Of a stretch of 64,000 bases of DNA, positions 1 to 11,200 are shown piece by piece. The stretch covers positions 6,823,517 to 6,887,516 of the forward strand of contig NC_068992.1 of the NCBI RefSeq assembly GCF_001194135.2, in the 5' to 3' direction. The stretch's first letter is position 1. The number at the start of each line of letters is the position of its first letter. The notes beneath the pieces were generated by a model that was given only the letters and a program-made list of their open reading frames with translations, had not been told where the DNA came from and made no database searches. The DNA comes from Octopus bimaculoides. Its lineage: Eukaryota. A program made the position numbers and the translations under genes.

Positions 1-504
1 GAATATTGGCAGACTGAGAATTTGGTCTCAGAATTCTTTGACACATAATCTTATGGATTCAGTATTTGCTTTCTAGAATGATACTATTACTAATCATTCT
101 CTTCCATGTATTTTGCAAGCCTTATACAATGTATGGCATGCAAATCTCATCATGCAGATCTCCTGATTTCAAAACCTAATGAGAACTAAACCACCTGGTT
201 CTAAATTTTATCAGATATTTCTTAATCCACCATGAAAATAAAAACCATCTTCCTTTTGAATTGGCAGACATAGTTCAAAATCTTTTGCAAGAGTGCAGAA
301 TTTTATGAGGCCTTCAATCAAATGTTTTAGCTCTTAACTCAGTTTTCCATTCTGTTTGATTTGCAGCAATTTAGTGTTTCACATATTTGGGAAATTGTCC
401 AAGTTCAGAACATTATATCTCTGATTATCGCATTTTTTTTCCAGATTAAAATCAACATTTATTACATATTTTCATGAGGCATACTTGTTCAATCTAAAAA
501 GAAA

Positions 505-815
505 CCTGGCACTCTGTCAGTTACGACAACAATTGTTCCAGTTGATCTGATCAACAGAAATACCTGCTTGTGAAATTAACATGCAACTGGCTGAGTACTC
601 CCCAGACAGGTGTACTCTTCACATAGCTCTCAGGAAGATTCAGTGTGACACAGAATGTTACAAAGCTGGCTCTTTGAATTACTTGTACAACTCGTTTTTG
701 CTTGATGAGGGCACTGGAGCAATGTGAAATAAAGTGACTTGCCCAAGGACACAATGCACTGGCAGGAATCAAACTCCCAGCCTTAGGATCATGAGCTGGA
801 TACCACTAAACCACA
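505..815 (-). mobile_element. tRNA-headed SINE, family B, diverged copy
   Basis: The reverse complement begins with a tRNA-like head (tggtttagtggt...gggagtttgattcctg) followed by gtgtccttgggcaagtcacttta. Its body and tail (gaaattaacatgcaa...cagtgtgacacagaatg) match 21905-22195 and 53570-53988. Confidence 0.75.
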
Positions 816-2084
816 TTCCAATGAGTTAATATTTCTTTTAAGAGGGTTTATTTGTAGTCTGTTGTCACAGGTTTTTGTAAAACAAAGTGTCTTGCCAAAC
901 TTAAAAGGTGGAAAACTCTGGCTTAACATCCTGGGATCTCAATCAAGACTTATTTCTTAGTTTTTCTCTTTTATCTGGAAATCTCTCAGATTTAACATTC
1001 GGTAGTCAGCATTTACCCCTGTAAACCTTAAGAGGAAATGTTTTTCTTTTTAATCGTTTTACTGCTTAGCTTTCCTGTTAGTAAGAGTGCATTGATTTCA
1101 ATTGAAGCCGTTTTTGTTGTTATTAGGTTCTTCTATGGCCCTGTGTTATTTATCCTTAGCTGACCATACCTATGATTAGAGGTGTTCTAGTCATGACCAA
1201 ACCATCAATTTTCAAAACAGTATAATCAGGTTTATGTTACTCAATGCCTTTTTTTTTTTTTTTTGCTGTTTAGCCTGATCGAGCAGCCCAAAATTCAAAT
1301 GCATTCCAGAAAATCTTTTGTTTATTATCTTTTTTTCTTTCAAGCAAATTATATCAAAGATTACATTATGCAATGTATCAATTTTCTTTTAAGATAGTAG
1401 ATTGTACTTTTAGAGACTTTTTTTTATTTTTTAGCAGGTTCTGCTGCTGTCTAATAACTCTATGAAAAGTAGGCATGGTACCTCTGTTATATCAGCCAGG
1501 CAATCTGGAACAACTCAAATTGAACTATGGCCCATAATCCAGCAACATTAATGTTCAGCCATTGTATGATTTTGATGACTATTGTAAATATCAAATTCTT
1601 ACGAAGACACAAGACAAATTTTTGAAGTTAATCAATTGAGAATTTATATTTTCCTGGATTTGCAGAACTGAATATCAAAGCTGACTCTTGTGGGATTTGA
1701 ACTTGGCTAAAATTTAATATTGCAACATATTTAGTTTCTACTAGAACTCACTCATTCACATGGGATTTGAAAATTGGAAGATGATTAAAATTTGATATCT
1801 TTACTTCTATACTCTACTTTCTCGGAGACCTACACAACACTGAAGATTGTATGATGTGGTATGAAAGAAACTTAGCTGCTCTTTTGGTTGGTCAAACAGT
1901 CAAGTAAAGACTTCCTTGATGGATTCATTGGATAAATTAGTCCAAGATACACTATTTAGAGAAACAAAAATTATACAGTCATAGCTTGATCGTTTTTCAT
2001 CATAGGTTTGTTCAATTAGGACTGACCTGAGGTTAAACAATAGCAAAACAGGATAAATATTGGATTTCAAATTTTGACTCAAGG

Positions 2085-2262
2085 CCAGCAGTCTCAGGGC
2101 AGCAGGTATGTTGATTACCCTAACTGGTACTTATTTTATTGACCCTAAAAGGATGAAAGGCAAAGTCACCCTGAGCAGAATTTAAACTCAGAACATAAGA
2201 CCAGACAAGATACCACTTAGCATTTTGCCCAGCATGCTTATAATTCAGCCAGCTTGCCACAT
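2085..2262 (-). mobile_element. SINE family D with conserved central domain
   Basis: The reverse complement has a tRNA-like head (gtggcaagctggc...gttctgagtttaaattc) then gactttgcctttcatccttttagggtcaataaaataagtacc. The same core is at 10521-10725 (+). Fragments occur near 16440-16550, 34680-34780, 46600-46760 and 63690-63800. Confidence 0.7.
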
Positions 2263-2442
2263 TACTTGGGATAAATACTGGAGAGTAGAAAGAAATCAAC
2301 GAACCATCAACTTATTCTGAATTAAGGATATGATAAGAGACATCACTCTAAGTTAATGTGTTGGTGTTAAATGTGTCTGCTCTCCAGCAGAGGGAATGAT
2401 TTTTAAGAAGAAAACTATTTTGGTTTCTAAGCAGTATTCTGT

Positions 2443-2892
2443 TATTCTTTTATTCTTTTACTTGTTTCAGTAATTTGACTGTGGCCATGCTGGAGCACCA
2501 CCTTTAGTCGAGCAAATCGACCCCAGGACTTATTCTTTGGAAGGCTAGTACTTATTCTATCGGTCTCNNNNNNNNNNNNNNNNNNNNNNNNNNNNNNNNN
2601 NNNNNNNNNNNNNNNNNNNNNNNNNNNNNNNNNNNNNNNNNNNNNNNNNNNNNNNNNNNNNNNNNNNNNNNNNNNNNNNNNNNNNNNNNNNNNNNNNNNN
2701 NNNNNNNNNNNNNNNNNNNATATATATGACGGGCTTGTTTCAGTTTCCGTCTACCAAATCCACTCACAGGGCTTTGGTCGGGCCGAGGCTATAGTAGAAG
2801 ACACTTGCCCAAGGTGCCACACAGTAGGACTGAACCCAGAACCATGTGGTTGGTAAGCAAGCTACTTACCACACAGCCACTCCTGCGCCTAT
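2443..2892 (-). mobile_element. tRNA-headed SINE, family A, near full length, with an N-gap at its internal microsatellite
   Basis: The reverse complement runs from the head ataggcgcaggagtggctgtgtggtaag...gggttcagtcc through caccttgggcaagtgtcttctactatagcc and an (AT)n/N-gap to a tail ending ...gaaacaagtaaaagaataaaagaata. The tail matches 55320-55535 (+). Confidence 0.85.
2568..2719. other. Assembly N-gap, representative
   Basis: N run. Other gaps are at 5832-5841, about 6041-6455, 24359-24507, 36852-36945, 52909-53428 and 53854-53863. Confidence 0.99.
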
Positions 2893-3635
2893 GTATGATG
2901 AAATTTTGTTACAAAATCTCTATGAAAAACAGTAAATGCTATATACAGGCTTGTTCTTCTCCAGTTTGGTCGTCCTTTCTCCACCTCATACCTCCAACAG
3001 TCAAGAGGACAAAGTTCCTACATGGTCGGCTCAACTTGCTAAACTTAGTTATGAAATATCCCTCAAATCACACCCTACCATCATTAGAAAAACATGTAAG
3101 GGACACATTGGCCAGTGTAATACTAGATATAAAAAAAAAAGGCAAGTTGGTCGTGACCAGAATGCTTTTGATTAGAGGTCTGTTGAATTGATGCTGATCA
3201 TAGAGAGCCTTTATATGGTAGTTTGACTTGCTAGAAATAGCAGCGAAATCTTTAAATCACACTCTAATGTCTTACAAACTGTAAAGCACACACTTGTTAA
3301 TGTGGTCCTAGATAGACTGTGTCTGAAAAAATTAAACAAGATAGTCCTTGCTTCAGTGCTTTTCCTTAGAGTCCACACAATTATCACAACAAAATGTTAC
3401 TTATATTTTTCTTTTATTTCTTATTTTCTATTAGTCATCATGACCAATGCTATGCTGGTGCAGTATTTTTTTATCTAGCACAACTGACTACTAAACAAAA
3501 TAATAAAACATAAATCTAAATTAAGGATGCAGGTTTTTTTAGCGATAAATATATTTTCCGATTATTTAAGCAAGAGTTCATCTCCATATCTCACTTTAAT
3601 TTCAATATACTTTGTGTCAAATTAAAAAAACACAC

Positions 3636-3665
3636 CTATCTATCTGTCTATCTATCTATCTATCG

Positions 3666-3715
<50 letters not shown>

Positions 3716-3785
3716 TTGTCTGTCTATCTATCTGTCTATCTATCTATCTATCTATCTATCCATCTATCTATCTATCTAGCTATCT
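3636..3785 (+). repeat. (CTAT)n tetranucleotide microsatellite
   Basis: Long imperfect ctat array read directly. Confidence 0.97.
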
Positions 3786-4487
3786 GCTCCTTTCGTTCTT
3801 TCTCCCCGTCCTCTCTTTCATTCTAACCATCAGTTTCTACCTATGTATGTTAGGCATATGTTTGTTATTTATAATTCCCCTTGGACATATAAACTGTATT
3901 TTGTATATTTTATAGTGTTTGCTTTTCCTCTTGATAAAGAATTTATATCAATCATCCCCTTGTTTCCATCCTTTGATGTTACTATGCTTGATGCATATTA
4001 CTGAGCAGATAGTGAATATCCTTTTATGTTAAATTTTATAATGTCAAATAATTTTTTAACTCCAAGTATTTGTTTGCTTACTCATTTCCTTTGTTATTTT
4101 TTTTTTTTGTCCTTCACAATACTAACCAATTTATGCAAAGCTGTGTGATTATATAGTTCACTTTGCAACCCACAGTGCTGCACTATGCTGTTGCCCCAAG
4201 AGAGGTAGATAGAGTGAAAACATTTGAATTAATATGGTGGATCGAAGTTTAGTGAGCTTGTTAATGTAAACAGAATACAGTGAATGGATAGCAGAAGAAA
4301 ATAGTGAAATAAACTTATTCTGAGAGTTTTAAAAAACATACAAGCAATAGTGTAAGACAGCTGGATATATAAAAATGGATAGTTTATAATAATTGTTAGT
4401 ATTAAATAGGGTTAAAGTTTAAATGGCCAACGGATGCGATGTGTCCAAATAAACTATATTTAATAATTCCATGCAAATATCTAACTG

Positions 4488-4743
4488 TGCGGGTGGCACA
4501 TAAAATGAAATACACCATTTTGAGCATGGCCACTGCCAATACCGCCTGACTGGCCTTCATGCGGGTGACACATAAAAGCATCCACTACACTCTCTGAGTG
4601 GTTAGCGTTAGGAAGGGCATCCAGCTGTAGAAACTCTGCCAAATCAGATTGGAGCCTGGTGTTGCCATCCGGTTTCACCAGTCCTCAGTCAGATCGTCCA
4701 ACCCATGCTAGCATGGAAAGCGGACGTTAAACGATGATGATGA
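4488..4743 (+). mobile_element. Short retroposon family C with RTE-like 3' tail
   Basis: Ends ccaacccatgctagcatggaaagcggacgttaaacgatgatgatga with a (GAT)n tail and has an internal direct repeat of tgc.ggtggcac.taaaa-like sequence. Differs from 5334-5519 at about 6 positions in about 172 nt. Confidence 0.9.
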
Positions 4744-5223
4744 ATCATTAAGGAAATAAAATAATGGAATATGGTAATAGAAAAATAAAGGATATATAAT
4801 TATACCAATGTAGCTGTATATTCATTCGTTCATTAATCTACACAGATAGAATAAAAATACTCAGTCAGAACTTATGCATTATAAATATATATATGACTAA
4901 AAATGTACCAAAGCTCATCCATACATAAAGCACAATATAGAGAATAGTAGATATGCACATAAAAAAATGTATAAATAGGAATGTCTAGGTAGCAACTAGT
5001 GAAATAAATATATTCATCTCTCACACCTGACTTTCTTTATGTTCAATATACTCCTCATGAAATAATTTCACTGACTGGATCTACTGGATTTCAGCTGCAT
5101 GGGACTCTACGTTACATTTCTCCAAATTAGATTATTATGTGGTATGTAGCCAGGTCAAGTAGAGGAGTTTTTTGTGGTTACCACAGGATTTTATAAATCC
5201 ATATATTTCACGTTAAATTTACA

Positions 5224-5287
5224 TCCCGGTCTGGGAATCGAAACCGCGAGTCTGCTGCCCTAACCACTGGGCCATTGCGCCTCCACG
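5224..5287 (-). mobile_element. SINE family B, head-only fragment
   Basis: The reverse complement gtggaggcgcaatggcccagtggttagggcagcagactcgcggtttcgattcccagaccggg carries A-box and B-box-like motifs and matches the head of 53570-53988. Confidence 0.75.
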
Positions 5288-5333
5288 TAGATTTATAGTG
5301 AAGCAGCAAAAAGATCATGGCATGTGAAACTCT

Positions 5334-5519
5334 CACGTAAAAGCACCCACTACACTCTCTGAGTGGTTGGCGTTAGGAAGGGCATCCAGCTGTAGAAACT
5401 CTGCCAAATTAGACTGGAGCCTGGTGTTGCCATCCGGTTTCACCAGTCCTCAGTCAAATCGTCCAACCCATGCTAGCATGGAAAGCGGACGTTAAACGAT
5501 GATGATGATGATGATGATG
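5334..5519 (+). mobile_element. Short retroposon family C, 5'-truncated
   Basis: Near-identical to the 3' part of 4488-4743, with a (GAT)n tail. Confidence 0.9.
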
Positions 5520-5549
5520 TGAGTTAATATGGAAAATTTATATGTATAT

Positions 5550-5925
5550 AGTGAAGGCACATGGCTCAGTAGTTAGAGCGTTGAGCTTATGATCGTGAGG
5601 TTGTGAGTTCAATTCCCGGATTGGGCTGCATGTTGGGTTCTTGAGCAAGATACTTTATTTCATGTTGTTCCAGTTAACTCAGCTGTAGAAGTGAGTTGCA
5701 GCATCACTGGTGCCAAGCTGTATCGGCTTTTCCCTTTCCCTTGGATAACATCAATGGTGTCGGAGAGGGGAGGCTGGTATGCATGGGCGACTGCTGGCCT
5801 TCCACAAACAACCTTGCCCGGACGTGTGCCTNNNNNNNNNNCAAACAACCTTGCCCGGACGTGTGCCTCGGAGGGTAACTTTCTAGGTGCAATTCCATGG
5901 TCAGTCATGACCGAAGGGGGTCTCC
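5550..5925 (+). mobile_element. tRNA-headed SINE with a family B-like head
   Basis: Head gtgaaggcacatggctcagtagttagagc...gtgagttcaattcccgg followed by gttcttgagcaagatactttattt. The same head and core occur at 42859-43100. Confidence 0.8.
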
Positions 5926-5929
5926 TCCT

Positions 5930-5984
5930 CATATGTATATATGTGTATTATCTATGTGTGTATAGATATGTGTGTGTGTATGTG

Positions 5985-6040
<56 letters not shown>

Positions 6041-6455
6041 NNNNNNNNNNNNNNNNNNNNNNNNNNNNNNNNNNNNNNNNNNNNNNNNNNNNNNNNNNNN
6101 NNNNNNNNNNNNNNNNNNNNNNNNNNNNNNNNNNNNNNNNNNNNNNNNNNNNNNNNNNNNNNNNNNNNNNNNNNNNNNNNNNNNNNNNNNNNNNNNNNNN
6201 NNNNNNNNNNNNNNNNNNNNNNNNNNNNNNNNNNNNNNNNNNNNNNNNNNNNNNNNNNNNNNNNNNNNNNNNNNNNNNNNNNNNNNNNNNNNNNNNNNNN
6301 NNNNNNNNNNNNNNNNNNNNNNNNNNNNNNNNNNNNNNNNNNNNNNNNNNNNNNNNNNNNNNNNNNNNNNNNNNNNNNNNNNNNNNNNNNNNNNNNNNNN
6401 NNNNNNNNNNNNNNNNNNNNNNNNNNNNNNNNNNNNNNNNNNNNNNNNNNNNNNN

Positions 6456-6504
<49 letters not shown>

Positions 6505-6620
6505 TGCATACATAGATTATGTATATGTATGTAAATACATGTGTGAATATATATATGTATGTCTGCATGTATATATGTGTGTGTATCCATGTATTTATAT
6601 ATGTATGTGTGTATATAATG
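5930..6620 (+). repeat. (AT)n/(GT)n microsatellite block spanning an N-gap
   Basis: Pure AT runs on both sides of the roughly 415-N gap. This explains the IYIYIY ORFs. Confidence 0.95.
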
Positions 6621-7560
6621 TGAGTTGTGGTTTTAGATGTACAGTTGCATGTCATAAGATGTAACTTAAATGTTAACGACTTGAAGGGCATCTGGACATA
6701 AAGCACTGTCTCAGAAAATCTCTCGAGTCATTGCAGTTTGGAAAATCAAATGTAAAAATGATGATATAAATATATACGTGTATAAATTCATTCAGTGTTT
6801 TAAAAGTATTACTTTAAAATATTACTTAAATAACACAGTCTCATGAGGAAAGTTACTAGATTGACCGTGCTCGTATGAAGTTTAAAACATTCGGAATATT
6901 CCTATGAGAGCCAGGAATGAAAAGAAATATATGAGCTTGAAGCAGACACATTTGCACTTGTCCCTTACAAGTTTCTTTTTTTTTTTTTAAAAAAAGGAGA
7001 TCATAGAGATAAGTGTTTTCTTCACAACATTCGTATAAAATTTCAAAAATATATTCAGAGGGCAAAGATTCCCCCCCCCCCCACAAAAAAAAATAAAAAA
7101 CAGACTTGAATTACTGGTTGAATGACCAGAAAAATGAATCTCATGGTGTTGGTACTAGGAGCCTTTCAATTATATTGTATTAACCAATACTCTACACTTC
7201 AGTGTTAGTAGTAGTAGTAGTAGTAGTAGTTGTTTGGAGGCATGCACTTTAGCAGCACATTACTGCATCAACTATTTATTGGTGGGTGGATGATACCTCT
7301 GCACCACTCAGGTGAAAGCCCTCCAGCCCATGGGTCTATTTGTGTAGTTGTTGCTGGTGAGGGTGTTATGAGGTCAGAGTGGAAGTCCTATCTCAACTTC
7401 TTTTAGTCACCTTTTACAACACACACACAGACCATGTTGGGTATAATTTTTCTCATACTGGGCCCCACACATCACGTCATGTATTGATTTCTCTAATTTA
7501 TCCCTTCTGGTGAATCAACAGATATGCACACACACACACACACACACACAAACATATATA

Positions 7561-7783
7561 TATGAGGGGGTGCTAAAAAATTCCTGGCTTTAAGGGCTTC
7601 GTAAAAGGCCTGGTTGGAGGCCCAACTGTCTGAGTTCTTTTACAGGGCTTAGGAAAACTGAAGGATCGCTGCAATAAGTGTGTGAATCTGTGAGAGAAAT
7701 ATGTTGAATGAAATCATAATTAACTGATCCTTCTGTGTTTTCTTTTACCCACAGCCAGGAACTTTTTAGCACTCCCTTGAATA
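7561..7783 (+). mobile_element. Mariner-derived MITE
   Basis: TIRs tatgagggggtgctaaaaaattcctggct and agccaggaactttttagcactccctt..ata with TA flanks. The interior encodes a mariner C-terminal remnant (GLGKLKDRCNKCVNL..YVE). A second copy is at 45738-45913. Confidence 0.85.
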
Positions 7784-7789
7784 TATATG

Positions 7790-7935
7790 ATGGGCTTCCA
7801 CATAGTTTTCATCTTCCAAATTCACTCACAAGACACTGGTTAGCCTGGGGTTGTAGCGGAAGACACCAAGGTGTTGCACAGTGGGACTGAACCAGAAACC
7901 ACATGGTTGCAAACAATAAGATTCTTAACCACTGA
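7790..7935 (-). mobile_element. SINE family A, 5' part, diverged
   Basis: gatgggcttccacatagttttcatcttccaaattcactcacaag...gggactgaaccagaaaccacatggttg aligns to 2725-2880. Confidence 0.75.
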
Positions 7936-9258
7936 ACCTCATATAGAATCATGTGAAATTCTTAAAGAAAACGAAATTTGGTGCTGATATTCTCTTTCCT
8001 TTTCACACTCATCAGTTAGACATACTTTCTCTATCAAGAAAGCTACTGTTTTGGTTAACCTCCAGTAACCCCCTAATCTAGGAGACCTGTGATCAAAGGC
8101 ATTCCACCTATTACCATTCCATTTTTATTTTGCTAAATACAGTGTGTCTAGGATGGCATTATCAAATATATACTTCTTTACATAAAACCCTTTAGATACC
8201 AACCTGATTGAGACTGCTGTTGTGATAAAGAAAGTTCCTGATAGCATGCTTTAATCAATTCGAAAGACATATAGCATCTGTAGCCATGGCTGATGTGAGA
8301 CTGGGAGCAAGTGTAAGGGTCATTAATGCTTTTATAGATAAGCAGCTCTTTATCCACTACAACTGCCACTAGTTCTATATTAAACCTGTTCACTTTAGTA
8401 TTTATATTTAAATTTCACCTTTCTGTTATAATTCAAAGTGAGAAAATTGTGTTATGTTTCATGAATGATGAAGTAATTTTACTAAACCCTACCCTAATTT
8501 CTTGAGTATTTAAAAAATTAATTGAACCTGTAGACAGTGTTTTACATTAGAATTATGGTCACAAAAGTATGAAGACAATAGTGGGATTTAAAGAAGATTT
8601 AACTGTTAATTCTAGCCAGTCATAGTTCTCATTCTCAGTCTTTTTTGATTTTGTGGTGCTCTGGAGATTAAGGAAAAAGAATTACCAGCTCATTTCATAT
8701 GGAAAGTAAAAAAAAAAATATTGAAACTCTTCACGTGGAAAGTGAAAACAAAAACTGTTGAAATTTTTTTTTAAATATCAAAACGGTTTTGGTTTATGAA
8801 TCAAACATGTGAATAATAAAATTATGAATAATGTTTTTCAAAGCAATAAAGTATTCGTAGAGATTTTTTTGAAAACTGTAAGTTATATTTTTTTTAAATC
8901 CATGGTGCCCTCTGCAGCACATCATTTGCAAGCCATTTGGTTTTGAGTATCCCTGGGTGGACTCTTCTATGAAGAAACTATTCTATGCATGTCTAAATAT
9001 CAAGGGTAAATTATTTTATATCTTTCTATTGTTATTCTCTCTCTCTCTCCCTCACCCTCTCCCTCTCTCTCTTTCTCTCTCTGATATATTATTTTCTCAT
9101 TTGAACCATAAATAATTACATTACTAAATCAATAATTCTCTTAAAACAATACATTCTTTATGATATAATATTCATGTTTTTAAAGCATTTATAATGAGCA
9201 GCATAATCATCAAACTATCGTGTCTATTTCTTTGCTGGCTTAGGTTGGCTGGGTCTCA

Positions 9259-10142
9259 TACGAGCTGGTATCAAGAAGTTCTCGCACTAGTTATGTTTAA
9301 TGAAAGATAACTTACTTATCTAACTTTTAACACCATCACCTTTGAAATAGTCACCTTGTGCAGCAATACACTGGACCCAGTGTTTCGGCTACTTTTGGAA
9401 TCTGGCCTGGAAATTGTTTTGTGTAAGCAAATCACAGACCTTCTGCAATTCGCTCTTGATCTCGACAACGGTGTTAAAACGGTGACCTTCAAGCTGCATT
9501 TTCATCTTGATGAGGAGATGGCAGTCCACAGTGCTAAATCCGGTGAATAAGGTGATACCATGTTGTTTCTGGTGAGAAACTAATGAGTGAGAAGAGCTTG
9601 GTGACAGGATGCATTGTTATCATGAAGAATTCAATTCTTCACACTCCACAGACCTGGTCACTTTTACCAAAAATCCTCCTCCAAATGCTTCAAAACATTA
9701 TTGATTGTCCTCCAACGATCTTCATGCGCAAGTGAATAACTTTTCTCCACAATTCTGGCAGTGACACTTGTGGTAGGTCTTCCAGATCACTCATCATTTC
9801 CCAGGGATGCTCTTCCGCATTTGTAGCTCCCGTGCCACTCAAAACATTGTGTATGACCCATTGCCTCGTCATTGTAAGCTTGCCAAAGTATGCTCAATGA
9901 CTCTGTAGCAGACTTTCCAAGTTTAATGCAAGATTTCACGTTGGCTCTTAGTTCCTGTCCATGGCAAGATTGCAGATTACAGCACACATGTAATCACAAA
10001 AACATAAATTTCACAACTTGCAAAGTAAACACAGTGATCTCACTCAACACACTGCCTCATGAAAGTCTCTGCTAGCTCTCAGCATGAATGGAATCTGTTG
10101 GCACTCTACAGAACTAGTTGAGGAATTTTTGATACCACCTTA
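9259..10142 (-). mobile_element. Mariner (Tc1/mariner) DNA transposon, internally deleted, transposase pseudogene
   Basis: Minus-strand peptides include the N-terminal ELRANVKSCIKLGKSATESLSILWQAYNDEAMGHTQCFEWH, the catalytic ILHDNNASCH, PYSPDLA and the C-terminal HWVQCIAAQGDYFKGDG. Degenerate TIRs of about 32 bp lie at 9259-9292 and 10112-10142. The WVPHEL/TGDE region is missing, and stops and frameshifts are present. Confidence 0.92.
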
Positions 10143-10257
10143 TTAAGTCTCAACATGGCCTGAGTACCTTTTTTTTATTGTGCCGTGATAAAATATTTTT
10201 TTAAGAACTAAGACAATGTGTACCCAGAATGTAAACCAAATAATATTCAAGCTTCCA

Positions 10258-10375
10258 TTGGCAACCTCTATGTGGTCGCTTGGCCTGCTAAAGATAGCAG
10301 CCAAATGCCTCTCAAATCACACTGTATCTGATGAGATGAATGATGCAATGTACTCTGTAGCCCTAGATAAGCAAA
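10258..10375 (+). repeat. Abundant ancient interspersed repeat with core gaaatagcagccaaatctccctcaaatcacac, representative copy
   Basis: Diverged copies recur at about 3050-3370, 12800-12880 (-), 13780-13960, 16700-16890, 17880-18090, 20150-20230, 27830-28035, 29110-29240, 30060-30230, 38790-38940 (-), 44050-44240, 49425-49600 and 51200-51300. Class not determined. Confidence 0.7.
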
Positions 10376-10520
10376 ATCAAGACTTAAGCACAGGTGGAAT
10401 GTCTTTCATTATAGATTAACTCAATAGGGGTTGACTAGGGGCCAAATTACAATAGCAGTGACTTTTACAAAAATTTCTCAATTTCAATATTTTTATTGTT
10501 GTTGTTGTTGTTGTTATTAA

Positions 10521-10725
10521 GGTGGTATACTGGCAGAATCATTAGCACACTGGACTGAATGTTTATCAATTTTTCTTCTAGCTTTTCATTCTGAGTCCAA
10601 ATGCTGCTGTGGTTCACTTTTCCTTTCATCCTTTTTGGGTCAATAAAATTAACATCATTAGAACAGGGGGGGGGGGGCGGAGTCAATGAAACTGACTAGC
10701 CCTCTCCCACAAAAGTTTCAGGCAT
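10521..10725 (+). mobile_element. SINE family D
   Basis: Head aggtggtatactggcagaatcattagc...cattctgagtccaaatgctg followed by cactttcctttcatcctttttgggtcaataaaatt. Matches the reverse complement of 2085-2262. Confidence 0.7.
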
Positions 10726-11002
10726 TATACCTATAGTTGAAAGAATTATTATTGTTATTATTATTGCTGTTAGATCAAAATTTCTGTTTTGATTAATAAA
10801 ATTTGTTTCTTTTCTTTTTATATTATATTTAGCAGTGCTTGTAATATCAGAAGTTCTAAGATTAAATCTGATAGCTTAATAAAAAAACAATTGTTAGGAA
10901 AATTAGATGCTTCTGTAACTTACCTGAAATATTTCCTTAAATATTTTTAGCACCACATTTCACCATTTAATTCTACCATATACTCATTGTTATAGATATA
11001 CT

Positions 11003-11068
<66 letters not shown>

Positions 11069-11200
11069 CGGGTAGATAGGTGGATAGATTGATAGATAGA
11101 TAGGTGGATAGATTGATAGATAGATAGATAAAGAGATAGATAGATAGATAAAGGGATAGATAGATAGATAGATAGATAAATGGATAGATAAATAGATAAA
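11003..11200 (+). repeat. (GATA)n microsatellite
   Basis: Long imperfect gata array. This explains the LSIYLSIY ORFs. Confidence 0.97.

Noticed and set aside
1435-1480. Strong acceptor followed by the LRR-like peptide VLLLSNNSMK
   Set aside because: The available donors give 31-40 nt rather than a typical LRR exon of about 72 nt, and there are no further LRR exons.
2805-3191. 128-aa plus ORF
   Set aside because: It is composed of antisense SINE A head plus the ancient interspersed repeat.
5810-5870. Apparent tandem duplication caaacaaccttgcccggacgtgtgcct on both sides of 10 Ns
   Set aside because: Identical sequence flanking a 10-N spacer is the typical signature of overlapping contig ends (a negative gap), so it is most likely an assembly artefact.
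5691-6706. Long ORFs of 186-274 aa (also 52769-53622, 44538-44868 and 10947-11252)
   Set aside because: They are translations of microsatellites and N-gaps.
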